Source: an uncultured Gemmatimonadales bacterium (lineage in GTDB: Bacteria > Gemmatimonadota > Gemmatimonadetes > Gemmatimonadales > GWC2-71-9). Taken from it: a stretch of 64,000 nt of DNA. The stretch is from NCBI GenBank assembly GCA_963798915.1, contig CAWCVB010000014.1:3565-67564 (forward strand), written 5' to 3'. Position numbers and translations under genes: made by a program. The notes under the pieces were generated by a model. That model did not search any database. It saw only the letters and a program-made list of their open reading frames with translations, and was not told the origin of the DNA. Positions within the stretch are counted from its first letter, which is position 1; the number at the start of each line of letters is the position of its first letter. Positions 30,788 to 39,267 of this stretch are shown piece by piece.

Positions 30788-32023
30788 ATGCCTCACTTCT
30801 CCCGGTCTCCCCGAATCCTCGTCTGTACCGACACCTATCCACCGCAACTCAACGGCGTGAGCGTCGTCACCAGTCTTTCTGTTGCTGGCCTGGCGGCGCG
30901 CGGGTGGGAATGCGGGGTGGTGGGCCCACGCTACCCGGCCGAGCCGGAGCCTGGCTTCGACGCGCGCGACGACGGCGCCCGGCTTCATTACACGCTGCCG
31001 AGCATCCAGGCGCCGGTGTATCCGGACCTGCGGCTGGCGTTTCCTTGGTATCCAACCATCGCTCGCGCGATGGATTCATTTCGCCCTGACCTGGTGCACT
31101 GCGCGACGGAATTCATCATTGGCAGACTGGGACAGATCGCCGCGCGCCGGAGGAACATCCCGCTCGTGTCATCGTACCACACCGACTTTGCGCGCTACGC
31201 CGAGGCGTACGGTGCACCGGGCCTGGCGCCGGCGGTGCGGAGACACCTCGCGCGCTTCCACCGCCGAAGCCGCCGGGTCTTTACGCCGTCCTCCGCTTCC
31301 GCCAGCGATCTGGCGGCCCTGGGTGTGGAAGGAATCGAGGTCTGGGGCCGCGGCGTCGATACCACCCGCTTCCACCCGTCGCGCCGCGCGCCGGACCTGC
31401 GCGATTCGTTTGGCATGGGAAGCCGCTTCACCTTCCTGTATGTCGGACGCTTTGCGGCGGAGAAGAACGTGGAGCTGGTGCTGGACGCGTACCTGCGCGC
31501 GAGTGCCCGCGTGCCGGCCGGTGTCATGCACCTGATCCTGGCTGGTGCCGGCCCGTGCGAGCGGGTGCTGCGCGCGGTGGCTCCGAGGGGCGTGTCGTTC
31601 CTGGGTCAGTTGGACCGCACCAAGACACTGCCCGATCTGTATGCCAACGCGGATGCGTTCGTATTTGCATCGGAAACCGAAACGCTGGGCCTGGTGGTGC
31701 TCGAGGCCATGGCAAGCGGCCTGCCGGTGATTGCCACGCCCAAGGGCGGAGTGGCCGATCACCTGCGCCACGGGCTCAACGGCCTGGCGTTCCCGGCTGG
31801 CGACGCGGAGGCCTTGGCGACCTGCATGCTGGCGCTGGTCGGCGAGCCGATGAAGGTGATGCCACTGCGGGAAGGAGCACGGCGCACGGCGGAGGCGCGC
31901 AGCTGGGGCGCGGAACTCGACCAGCTGGACCGGAGCTATCGGCGAGTCGTGGAAAACAACACAGCGTCCGCGGCGCGTGGCCGGCGCCGGGGTCTGGCGC
32001 GGCTCCGCACCATCAGCTCATGA
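30788..32023 (+). CDS. Glycosyltransferase family 4 (GT-B fold)
   Basis: N-terminal RILVCTDTYPPQLNGVS and C-terminal FVFASETETLGLVVLEAMASGLPVIAT (EX7E-type). Confidence 0.85.
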   Translation: MPHFSRSPRILVCTDTYPPQLNGVSVVTSLSVAGLAARGWECGVVGPRYPAEPEPGFDARDDGARLHYTLPSIQAPVYPDLRLAFPWYPTIARAMDSFRPDLVHCATEFIIGRLGQIAARRRNIPLVSSYHTDFARYAEAYGAPGLAPAVRRHLARFHRRSRRVFTPSSASASDLAALGVEGIEVWGRGVDTTRFHPSRRAPDLRDSFGMGSRFTFLYVGRFAAEKNVELVLDAYLRASARVPAGVMHLILAGAGPCERVLRAVAPRGVSFLGQLDRTKTLPDLYANADAFVFASETETLGLVVLEAMASGLPVIATPKGGVADHLRHGLNGLAFPAGDAEALATCMLALVGEPMKVMPLREGARRTAEARSWGAELDQLDRSYRRVVENNTASAARGRRRGLARLRTISS

Positions 32024-33739
32024 GAAGGGGCGATCCGCCTGGGCGGGAAACCAGCATGTGATACTGGTACCCTGGCCCAGGTCGCTGTCAGCTGACACGC
32101 GTCCGCCATGACTCTCGACCAGATGGCGCACGATCGACAGCCCGAGCCCGGTCCCGCCTTCGCCGCGCGACCGCGAGGCGTCGACCCGGTAGAAGCGCTC
32201 GAAGATCCGGCTGAGGTGTTCACGTGCAATGCCGGCGCCGGTGTCGCGCACCTCGAGGCGCACTCCTCCCGATTCCGGCCGTGCGGACACCGTGATCGAT
32301 CCCCCCGGTGGCGTGTAGCGAAGGGCGTTGTCCAGCAGGTTGGTCAGGATCTGGCGGACTGCATCCGGATCGGCATCGAGCACGGTACCGGGCGAGATCT
32401 CCACATGCAGAGACACGTCGCCGGCCTGCGCCCGTTCGGCAAGACTCAGCCAGACGTCTCGCGCCACAGCCGCAGGGTCGACCCTGGCCACCGAGGGATG
32501 CCAGCTTCCCGACTCGATGCGCGACAGGTCCAGCAGGTCATCCACCAGGTGCTGCATGCGCCGCGCATTGCCGTGGATGATCTCCAGAAACTGCCGGGAA
32601 GTCGCCTCGTCCGGGCGGTCGACGAGGAGGGTTTCCGAGTAGCCGGAAATGGAGGTCAGCGGCGTCTTCAGTTCGTGGGAGACATTGGCGACGAAATCAC
32701 GCCGCACCGACTCCAGTCGGCGCAGTTCGGTGAGGTCGTGCATCACCAGCACCGCGCCGCCGTTCGGGAGGGCCCGTGCGGTGGCCAGGAGAATCCGCCC
32801 ATCGAGTTCGATGGTTCGCGACTGCTCCGACTCACCGCTGAGCGCTGCCTGGACCAGGTCACGTGCATCGCGGGCGCGGAACAGCTCGGGCAGGTCCGGC
32901 AGCGGCGCGTCGGGCGCGTAGCCCAGCAGCCGGCGTGCCGCGGCATTGGCCGTCGTGATCTGGCCGCGCGCGTCCGCCGCGAGCACGCCCTCGACCATCG
33001 CCTCCACCAGCGCTGACGACTCGGCCTTCTCGCGCCGCAGCTCGGTGAATCGCTCCGCCAGCTGCTGATGCATGGCGCGGAGGGAGCGAACCAGCGCGTC
33101 GATTTCTGCCACGCCCGAACGGGGGAAGCGAGGATCGGCGCCGGCGGCGATGGCCCTGGCCGCAGAGCCGAGACTGGTCAATGGACGGGAAATGCTGCGG
33201 GCTGCAATGCTGGCAATGCCCAGTCCCACGATCAGCGCCAGCAAGGCAGCGCCGCCCACGGCGAACTGGGTCTTCGTGACGATGCCGTTGACGCGTGACA
33301 GGTCCTCCGCCACCCGAAGCACACCCGAGCCATTGGGCACGGCGACATACATCAGGTCCCGGCCCACCGTGGCGCTGTGCCGCCGGGCCTGGCCGGTGCG
33401 GCCCTCCATCGCCGCGCGCACTTCGGGCCGGTCACGGTGATTCTCGATGGGCGGCAGGGGAAGGTCGGGAAAGTCGCTGTCCGCGATCACGGTGCCCTGG
33501 CCGTTGATCAGCGTGATGCGTGCGCCGGCCTGCAGGCCAAAGCGACGGATCACGGCCTGCCACTGCGCCGAGTCCGCGGGGAGCGCCTCGCGAACCAGCA
33601 GGGCCTGACGCTCCAGTGTCGTCGCGACATCCGCCTCGAGGTTGCGGCGAAGCACCCGGTCGGCGCGGTACAGCAGCACGCCAATGGTCAGTATCAGTAC
33701 GATCAGTGTGCCGATCGTGAGCCGGCGGGAAAATGTCAC
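32018..33739 (-). CDS. phoR: Sensor histidine kinase, PhoR-like
   Basis: TM/HAMP/PAS-like N-terminus, H-box FVANVSHELKTPLTSISGY, and HATPase motifs DNALRYT, VRDTGAGI, GTGLGLSIV. Adjacent to phoB. Confidence 0.8.
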   Translation of the reverse strand: MTFSRRLTIGTLIVLILTIGVLLYRADRVLRRNLEADVATTLERQALLVREALPADSAQWQAVIRRFGLQAGARITLINGQGTVIADSDFPDLPLPPIENHRDRPEVRAAMEGRTGQARRHSATVGRDLMYVAVPNGSGVLRVAEDLSRVNGIVTKTQFAVGGAALLALIVGLGIASIAARSISRPLTSLGSAARAIAAGADPRFPRSGVAEIDALVRSLRAMHQQLAERFTELRREKAESSALVEAMVEGVLAADARGQITTANAAARRLLGYAPDAPLPDLPELFRARDARDLVQAALSGESEQSRTIELDGRILLATARALPNGGAVLVMHDLTELRRLESVRRDFVANVSHELKTPLTSISGYSETLLVDRPDEATSRQFLEIIHGNARRMQHLVDDLLDLSRIESGSWHPSVARVDPAAVARDVWLSLAERAQAGDVSLHVEISPGTVLDADPDAVRQILTNLLDNALRYTPPGGSITVSARPESGGVRLEVRDTGAGIAREHLSRIFERFYRVDASRSRGEGGTGLGLSIVRHLVESHGGRVSADSDLGQGTSITCWFPAQADRPFS

Positions 33740-34440
33740 CGCGTCCGTCCCCGTTCCGCTGCGCGGAAGCGGTAGCCGAAGCCCCTGACCGTTTCGATGA
33801 GGTCGCCGCAGGCTCCCAGCTTGGTACGCAGACGCTGCACATGCATGTCCACCGTCCGGGTCTGGATCTCGGGACTTGCTTCCCAGACCGACTCGAGCAG
33901 TTGGGGCCTCGACTGCACCCGGCCCCTCCGCTCCACCAGTGTCAGGAGCAGCCGATATTCCGTGGCGGTAAGCTCGAGGTCCCGGCCATCCACCGCGACG
34001 CGGTGCGCGGACCGGTCAATGACAATGGAGTCGGCGCTCAGCGTCGATCCGGAACTCACGGCGGGCGCTGCCAGCCGACGCAAGAGCGCTGCGATCCGGA
34101 GCGCCAGTTCGGCCGGCGAGAACGGCTTGGTCAGGTAGTCATCCGCACCCAGCGACAGGCCCTTGATCCGGTCCCCCTCTTCGCGCCGTGAGGTCAGCAG
34201 AATGACACCCACATCGCGCGTTTCGTCCATGCGACGGAGCTCCTGCAGGACCTCATATCCCGACATGGTCGGGAGCATGAGATCAAGCACGACGATATCC
34301 GGCCGCTCCTCGCGCGCTGCTCGCACGGCATCAGGCCCGGTGGACGCCGTGGAGACCCGATAGCCCGCCTTGGCCAGATGGTACGCCACGAGAGCCGTGA
34401 TATCCGGCTCATCGTCAACAACCAGAATGCGATGGGTCAT
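33736..34440 (-). CDS. phoB: OmpR/PhoB-family response regulator
   Basis: ATG at 34440. ILVVDDEPDI, VLDLMLP, DDYLTKPF, and a winged-helix C-terminus VDMHVQRLRTKL...VRGFGYRF. Confidence 0.85.
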   Translation of the reverse strand: MTHRILVVDDEPDITALVAYHLAKAGYRVSTASTGPDAVRAAREERPDIVVLDLMLPTMSGYEVLQELRRMDETRDVGVILLTSRREEGDRIKGLSLGADDYLTKPFSPAELALRIAALLRRLAAPAVSSGSTLSADSIVIDRSAHRVAVDGRDLELTATEYRLLLTLVERRGRVQSRPQLLESVWEASPEIQTRTVDMHVQRLRTKLGACGDLIETVRGFGYRFRAAERGRTR

Positions 34441-34832
34441 CGAGTCCCTTGCCGTCCATTCCCGTCGGATTTTTCGCCGGATGCCGTCCGGTCGCCGGTG
34501 TGCACCCGGCTGCGTTGCAGTGCCCGGTCCCGCTCGGCCCGGAACTCGGGGTCGGCGTGCATGGCCTCGAGAATTGCTCCCAGCAGGCGGCTGGCCGGCC
34601 CCGGGTTCCGGAGCAGGCGATAGAGCACGAACCGCGCGATCGGCGTGTCCCGCACGATGCCGGAGCGCCGGAGCACCTGCAGGTGACGCGAGACGGTGGG
34701 CTGGGGCAGCTCGAGAATGATTTGAAGGTCGGATACGAAGAGTGGCGCCGCCGCCAGGCAATTGATGATGCGGAGCCTGGTGGGCTCCGCCATCGCCTGG
34801 AGCAGGTCGGGCACGGCGCTGGTGACTTGCAT
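34437..34832 (-). CDS. ArsR/SmtB-family transcriptional regulator
   Basis: ATG at 34832. LQAMAEPTRLRIINCLAAAPLFVSDLQIILELPQPTVSRHLQVLRRSGIV. Its stop forms an ATGA overlap with the phoB start. Confidence 0.85.
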   Translation of the reverse strand: MQVTSAVPDLLQAMAEPTRLRIINCLAAAPLFVSDLQIILELPQPTVSRHLQVLRRSGIVRDTPIARFVLYRLLRNPGPASRLLGAILEAMHADPEFRAERDRALQRSRVHTGDRTASGEKSDGNGRQGTR

Positions 34833-34846
34833 GCTGGACAGAAGAT

Positions 34847-34866
34847 ATATTCGCCTAGCCGAATAT
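34847..34866. promoter_or_regulatory. Inverted repeat ATATTCG-N6-CGAATAT, candidate ArsR-type operator
   Basis: Perfect 7-bp arms in the 61-bp divergent spacer between arsR and the nucleotidase gene. This is the most AT-rich spot in the region. Confidence 0.45.
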
Positions 34867-34893
34867 GAGCAAGGGCCACTATATTTGCGTCCG

Positions 34894-37800
34894 ATGCTCG
34901 CCTCATTCCTGCTTGCGGCCGCGCTGGTCGGCGCGCCTTCCACTCCCCGCGACACCGCGCACCTGGTCGTGGTCGCCACGACCGATGTCCACGGTCGCGC
35001 CTTTGCATGGGATTACACGACGGATACGCCCTTTCCGGGGGGCCTGACCAGGGTCGCAACGATTGTGGACTCGCTGCGTCGCATCTACCCTGGCCAGCTC
35101 GTGGTCGTGGATGCCGGAGACCTGATTCAGGGCGACCCGTTCGCCGCCTACTTCGCCACTGTGGCGCCACGCGACACCAATCCGGTGGTCCGGGCCATGA
35201 ACCTGGTGGGCTACGATGCCGCCACACTGGGCAATCACGAGTTCAACTGGGGCCTGGCCACCCTGGCGCGGGCGCTGCGAGGTGCTGCCTTTCCCTACGT
35301 AAGCGCCAACATCCATGGCCTCCCCCGCGACACCCTGATGCATTCGCCCTTCGTCGTCCTCGAGCGCGACAGCATCCGCGTCGGCATTGCCGGCTTCACC
35401 ACCCCCGGTGTCATGGTGTGGGATCGAACCAAGGTGCAGAACCACGTTCGTCTGGAGCGCATCCCGGCCGCTGCACGGCGAGTGCTGCCGGAACTGTCGC
35501 GCCGGTCCGACTTCCAGATTGTCCTGGTGCATAGCGGCATGGATGGGCCATCATCCTACGACAGCAGCGGCGTTGGCGCGGAGAACGTGGCCGCATCACT
35601 GGCTGGCCTTCCGTCGCCACCTGATCTCGTGGTGGTGGGGCACTCCCATCGCGAAATGCGCGATTCCGTCATTAATGGCGTGCACTTCATCCAGCCGAAG
35701 AACTGGGCCCAGAGCGTGGTGGTCGTGCACGTCACGCTGGTGCGGCAAGGCGGCGGCTGGCAACCGGTGCAGTGGCACGCCGACCTCGTGCCACTCGCCA
35801 ATGTGCCCCCCGCGGCAAGAATGGTGGCGGCGCTGCAGGGCGCGCACGACAGTGTGCGCGCATGGATTCGCCAGCCGCTGGCCCGCGCCACCGCGGCGAT
35901 GCCGGGGGCGATGGCTCGCGCCGAGCCCACGGCGGTCGTGGGCTGGATCCAGGCGGTTGAGCGGCAGCGCACCGGCGCACAGCTTGCGGCCGCCTCTGCC
36001 TTCAACCTCGACGGCGGACTGCCGGCCGGACCGGTCCGGCTCGCCGACGTCGCCAGCATCTACCCGTATGAAAACACCTTGCGGGCAGTGCGCCTTTCAG
36101 GCGAACAGTTGAAAGCCTTCCTGGAGCACAGCGCCGAGTACTACCAGGTGGACACGGCGGGAACCGTGAGGATCAATCCCGACATGCCGGGCTACAATTT
36201 CGACATGGTCGCGGGAGCGCACTACGTGATTGATCTTGCCAAGCCGGTCGGCAGCCGCATTCGCGATCTGCAGGTCGCTGGCAGGCCAGTGAAGGCCACC
36301 GATCACTTTTCCATGGCCGTGAACAGCTATCGGCAGGAGGGTGGCGGCGGCTATGCGATGCTGAAGGGCGCGCCGGTGGTGTACGACAAGGGCGAGAACA
36401 TGCGGGACCTCCTCGCGGAGGCGCTCAAGGCGCTCGGAACCATCCGACCATCCGATTATGACGACCGAAACTGGCGGATCGTGCCGGATTCGCTGCTTGC
36501 CCAGGTCAAGGCGCTCCAGCGCCAGCCCGAACCCAACGCTGAACGGCGGGTGGCCGGCGAGCGCATCCTGCTCCGGATCCTGACCACCAACGACCTGCAC
36601 GGCGCCATGCGCACGGAGACGAAGGCCTGGTCCCACGGCCGAGGGGTTGGCGGCTTTGCCGTGCTCGATGCCATGATGGACAGCGCCAGGGCGGACTGCC
36701 GCTGTGCGACGCTGCACCTCGATGCGGGCGACGAGATGCAGGGCACGCTGGAGTCGAACCTGGTCTTCGGCCGATCGGTGGTCGCTGGGCTCAACATGCT
36801 GGGCACTGATGCGGCCGCGGTCGGCAACCACGACCTTGATTGGGGCATCGACACGCTGCGCGCGCGGATGCGTCAGGCGCACTACCCATGGCTCCTCGCC
36901 AACGTCTACGACTCGGCGGCTGGTGGCCGCCCGGAGTGGGCAAGGCCCTGGGCCATGCTGCAGGCGGGGTCACTCCAGGTGGCGGTGGTGGGCTACATCA
37001 CCGGCGAGACGAAGCGGATCGTCAAGGCGGGCAATGTCGCCGGCCTGGCGTTCCCGTCGGGCGCCGCCGCCTTGCGCGGCGTGCTGGACACGGTCCACGC
37101 GCAGCATCCCGATCTGGTGGTGCTCATTGCGCATGCCGGCGCCGTGTGCGATTCGTCGGCGTGCGCCGGTGAAATCATGGACCTTGCCAGGCAGCTGCCC
37201 GCCGGTGCGGTCGATGCCATCGTCGCGGGCCACACCCACCAACTCAATGACACCAGGGCGAACGGCATTCCCATCGTGCAGGCGCGGAGCAGCGGAACCG
37301 CGCTGGGGGTGATGGACCTCGTTGCGAGCGCCCCGGGAACGACCTGGCGCACGCAGGTCCGCGACGTCTTCGCGGACGAGGTGACGGCTGACAGCGCCGA
37401 ATCCGTCCTGGTACAGCTCTCTCAGGAGCGCACCGACACCCTGGCGAGCCGCACCGTGGCGACGCTCGCCGGTCCGCTCACGCGGCGCGGCGACCAGTAT
37501 CCGCTCGGGAATCTTGTCGCCGATGCACAGCGGGAAAGCGCCGGCGCCGACGTGGCCATCATGAACAACGGGGGCATTCGCGACGATCTGGTTGGCGGCC
37601 CGGTCACCTACCGCGCGCTCTTTCAGCTGCAGCCCTTTGGCAACAACATGGTGAAGACGACCATGACCGGGCGCACCCTGCGCCAGGCACTTGAGCATGG
37701 TGTGCGCGGCGGGCGACCTCACGTACACGTCTCCGGCATCCGCGTCACCTTTGACCGTGCCGCATCGGATGGTCAGCGGATCGTGTCGGTGCTCGTCGCC

Positions 37801-38007
37801 GGCACGCCACTCCGTGACACCGCGCGTTACAGCGTGGCCGTCAATGACTTCATGTCCACGGGCGGCGATGGTTTCGACGTCTTCCGGGGACTGGACTGGC
37901 GTGCCACCGGCCTCAGCGACCTTGAAGCGGTGACGGCGTGGCTGACCCGGCAAGCGGGACCGGTGCAGGCGGACACGACGACACGCGTCCAGGCGACGAC
38001 GCCATGA
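34894..38007 (+). CDS. Two-module secreted nucleotide phosphoesterase (tandem metallophosphatase/5'-nucleotidase units, YfkN-like)
   Basis: Module 1: TTDVHGRAF, DAGDLIQGDP, GNHEFNWG. Module 2: TTNDLHGAM, DAGDEMQGT, GNHDLDWG. Each is followed by a 5'-nucleotidase C-terminal-type region. Signal peptide from ATG 34894. Confidence 0.85.
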   Translation: MLASFLLAAALVGAPSTPRDTAHLVVVATTDVHGRAFAWDYTTDTPFPGGLTRVATIVDSLRRIYPGQLVVVDAGDLIQGDPFAAYFATVAPRDTNPVVRAMNLVGYDAATLGNHEFNWGLATLARALRGAAFPYVSANIHGLPRDTLMHSPFVVLERDSIRVGIAGFTTPGVMVWDRTKVQNHVRLERIPAAARRVLPELSRRSDFQIVLVHSGMDGPSSYDSSGVGAENVAASLAGLPSPPDLVVVGHSHREMRDSVINGVHFIQPKNWAQSVVVVHVTLVRQGGGWQPVQWHADLVPLANVPPAARMVAALQGAHDSVRAWIRQPLARATAAMPGAMARAEPTAVVGWIQAVERQRTGAQLAAASAFNLDGGLPAGPVRLADVASIYPYENTLRAVRLSGEQLKAFLEHSAEYYQVDTAGTVRINPDMPGYNFDMVAGAHYVIDLAKPVGSRIRDLQVAGRPVKATDHFSMAVNSYRQEGGGGYAMLKGAPVVYDKGENMRDLLAEALKALGTIRPSDYDDRNWRIVPDSLLAQVKALQRQPEPNAERRVAGERILLRILTTNDLHGAMRTETKAWSHGRGVGGFAVLDAMMDSARADCRCATLHLDAGDEMQGTLESNLVFGRSVVAGLNMLGTDAAAVGNHDLDWGIDTLRARMRQAHYPWLLANVYDSAAGGRPEWARPWAMLQAGSLQVAVVGYITGETKRIVKAGNVAGLAFPSGAAALRGVLDTVHAQHPDLVVLIAHAGAVCDSSACAGEIMDLARQLPAGAVDAIVAGHTHQLNDTRANGIPIVQARSSGTALGVMDLVASAPGTTWRTQVRDVFADEVTADSAESVLVQLSQERTDTLASRTVATLAGPLTRRGDQYPLGNLVADAQRESAGADVAIMNNGGIRDDLVGGPVTYRALFQLQPFGNNMVKTTMTGRTLRQALEHGVRGGRPHVHVSGIRVTFDRAASDGQRIVSVLVAGTPLRDTARYSVAVNDFMSTGGDGFDVFRGLDWRATGLSDLEAVTAWLTRQAGPVQADTTTRVQATTP

Positions 38008-38036
38008 TCCTGCTTCTCCCCTCCCTGATTCGCTGA

Positions 38037-38258
38037 ATGCGCGTCTTCGTTAATGAACGGCCACTGGACGTGTCGCCAGGGGCCACGGTCCGGGACGCCG
38101 TCCGCGAGCTGGACGATGGCCTGGCGACGCAGCTGGATCACGGCGCGTACGCAACCGACGGCCGCGGCATCCGACTGGAGCCGGATGCGAGTCTTGCGGC
38201 GGGCGCGATCATCCGGGTAGTCCGCTCCGCCCGCCCGGCCGGTAATGCTGACACCTGA
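38037..38258 (+). CDS. Small ThiS/MoaD-like beta-grasp protein lacking a C-terminal Gly-Gly (tentative)
   Basis: 73 aa: MRVFVNERPLDVSPGATVRDAV...DASLAAGAIIRVV. The pattern resembles ThiS, but the tail is SARPAGNADT. It overlaps the add start by 14 nt. Confidence 0.4.
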   Translation: MRVFVNERPLDVSPGATVRDAVRELDDGLATQLDHGAYATDGRGIRLEPDASLAAGAIIRVVRSARPAGNADT

Positions 38259-39267
38259 ACTGTTGCGCCTGCTGCCCAAGGCGGAATTGCACGTGCATCT
38301 TGACGGGTCAGTGCGTCCCGAAACCATGCTGGCGCTCGCGCGGAAGGCCGGGATATCGCTGCCGGTGGGGGAGCCCGAGGCCCTGCGGGCCTACATGCGG
38401 GTGGACGATGCCCGCGACCTGGAAGAGTACCTGGCCCGGTTCGAGCTGACGATCGCGCTCCTGCAGACGCCTGAAGCGGTCGAGCAGGTCGCCTATGAAA
38501 TGTGCCAGGACGCCGCCCGGGACGGCATCTGGTACCTCGAAGTCCGCTACTGTCCGCTGCTGAGCTGCCAGGCCGGGATGGACCTGGACCAGGTCATCGC
38601 GGCCGAATGGCGCGGTCTCCAGCGCGGCGAGCGGGACTTTGACATCACCGCCCGAATCATCTGCTGTTCGCTGCGGCAATACGACCCCGCGCTCTCGCTG
38701 GCAATTGCTCGCCATGCGGTGAGCGCGCACAGCTCGGGCGTGGTGGGGTTTGACCTGGCCGGTGGCGAGGCTGGCCGTCCACCTGGGGTGCACGCCGCGG
38801 CATTCGATGCTGCCGCGGCAGGTGGGCTGGGCATTACGGTCCACGCCGGCGAGGCAGCTGGCGCAGACTCGGTGGCGGAAGCCATCTTCACCTGTCACGC
38901 AAACCGGATCGGGCACGGAACCCGGCTGTGGGAAGATGCAGCCTTGCTGGCGTACGTGCGGGACCGGCGGATCTGCGTGGAGACCAACATCACGAGCAAT
39001 ATCCAGACACGCGCCGTGGCGGATGCCGCGTCGCATCCGGTGCGGCAGTATCTCGACGCCGGGCTGAATGTGACGCTATGCACCGATAACTGGCTGATGA
39101 GCGATGTCTCCCTCAGCGGCGAGTACTACCTCGCCCACACCGCGCTCGGGTTCACCCGCGAGGAGATTCTCCGCATGATGCTGAACGGCTTTGAAAGCGC
39201 CTTTCTGGCCTGGCCGGAGCGGAGCGTGCTCATCGAGCGGGCGCGCGCGGCGCTGGGGGTCGCATGA
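38245..39267 (+). CDS. add: Adenosine deaminase
   Basis: LPKAELHVHLDGS, GFDLAGGE, HAGE, TNITSNIQT, LCTDNW. Confidence 0.9.
   Translation: MLTPELLRLLPKAELHVHLDGSVRPETMLALARKAGISLPVGEPEALRAYMRVDDARDLEEYLARFELTIALLQTPEAVEQVAYEMCQDAARDGIWYLEVRYCPLLSCQAGMDLDQVIAAEWRGLQRGERDFDITARIICCSLRQYDPALSLAIARHAVSAHSSGVVGFDLAGGEAGRPPGVHAAAFDAAAAGGLGITVHAGEAAGADSVAEAIFTCHANRIGHGTRLWEDAALLAYVRDRRICVETNITSNIQTRAVADAASHPVRQYLDAGLNVTLCTDNWLMSDVSLSGEYYLAHTALGFTREEILRMMLNGFESAFLAWPERSVLIERARAALGVA

Noticed and set aside
34415-35227. 270-aa and 209-aa ORFs on the - strand overlapping the arsR/nucleotidase junction
   Set aside because: They are out of frame with the recognisable ArsR HTH, antisense to the nucleotidase N-terminus, and Arg/Pro/Ser/Trp-rich in composition.
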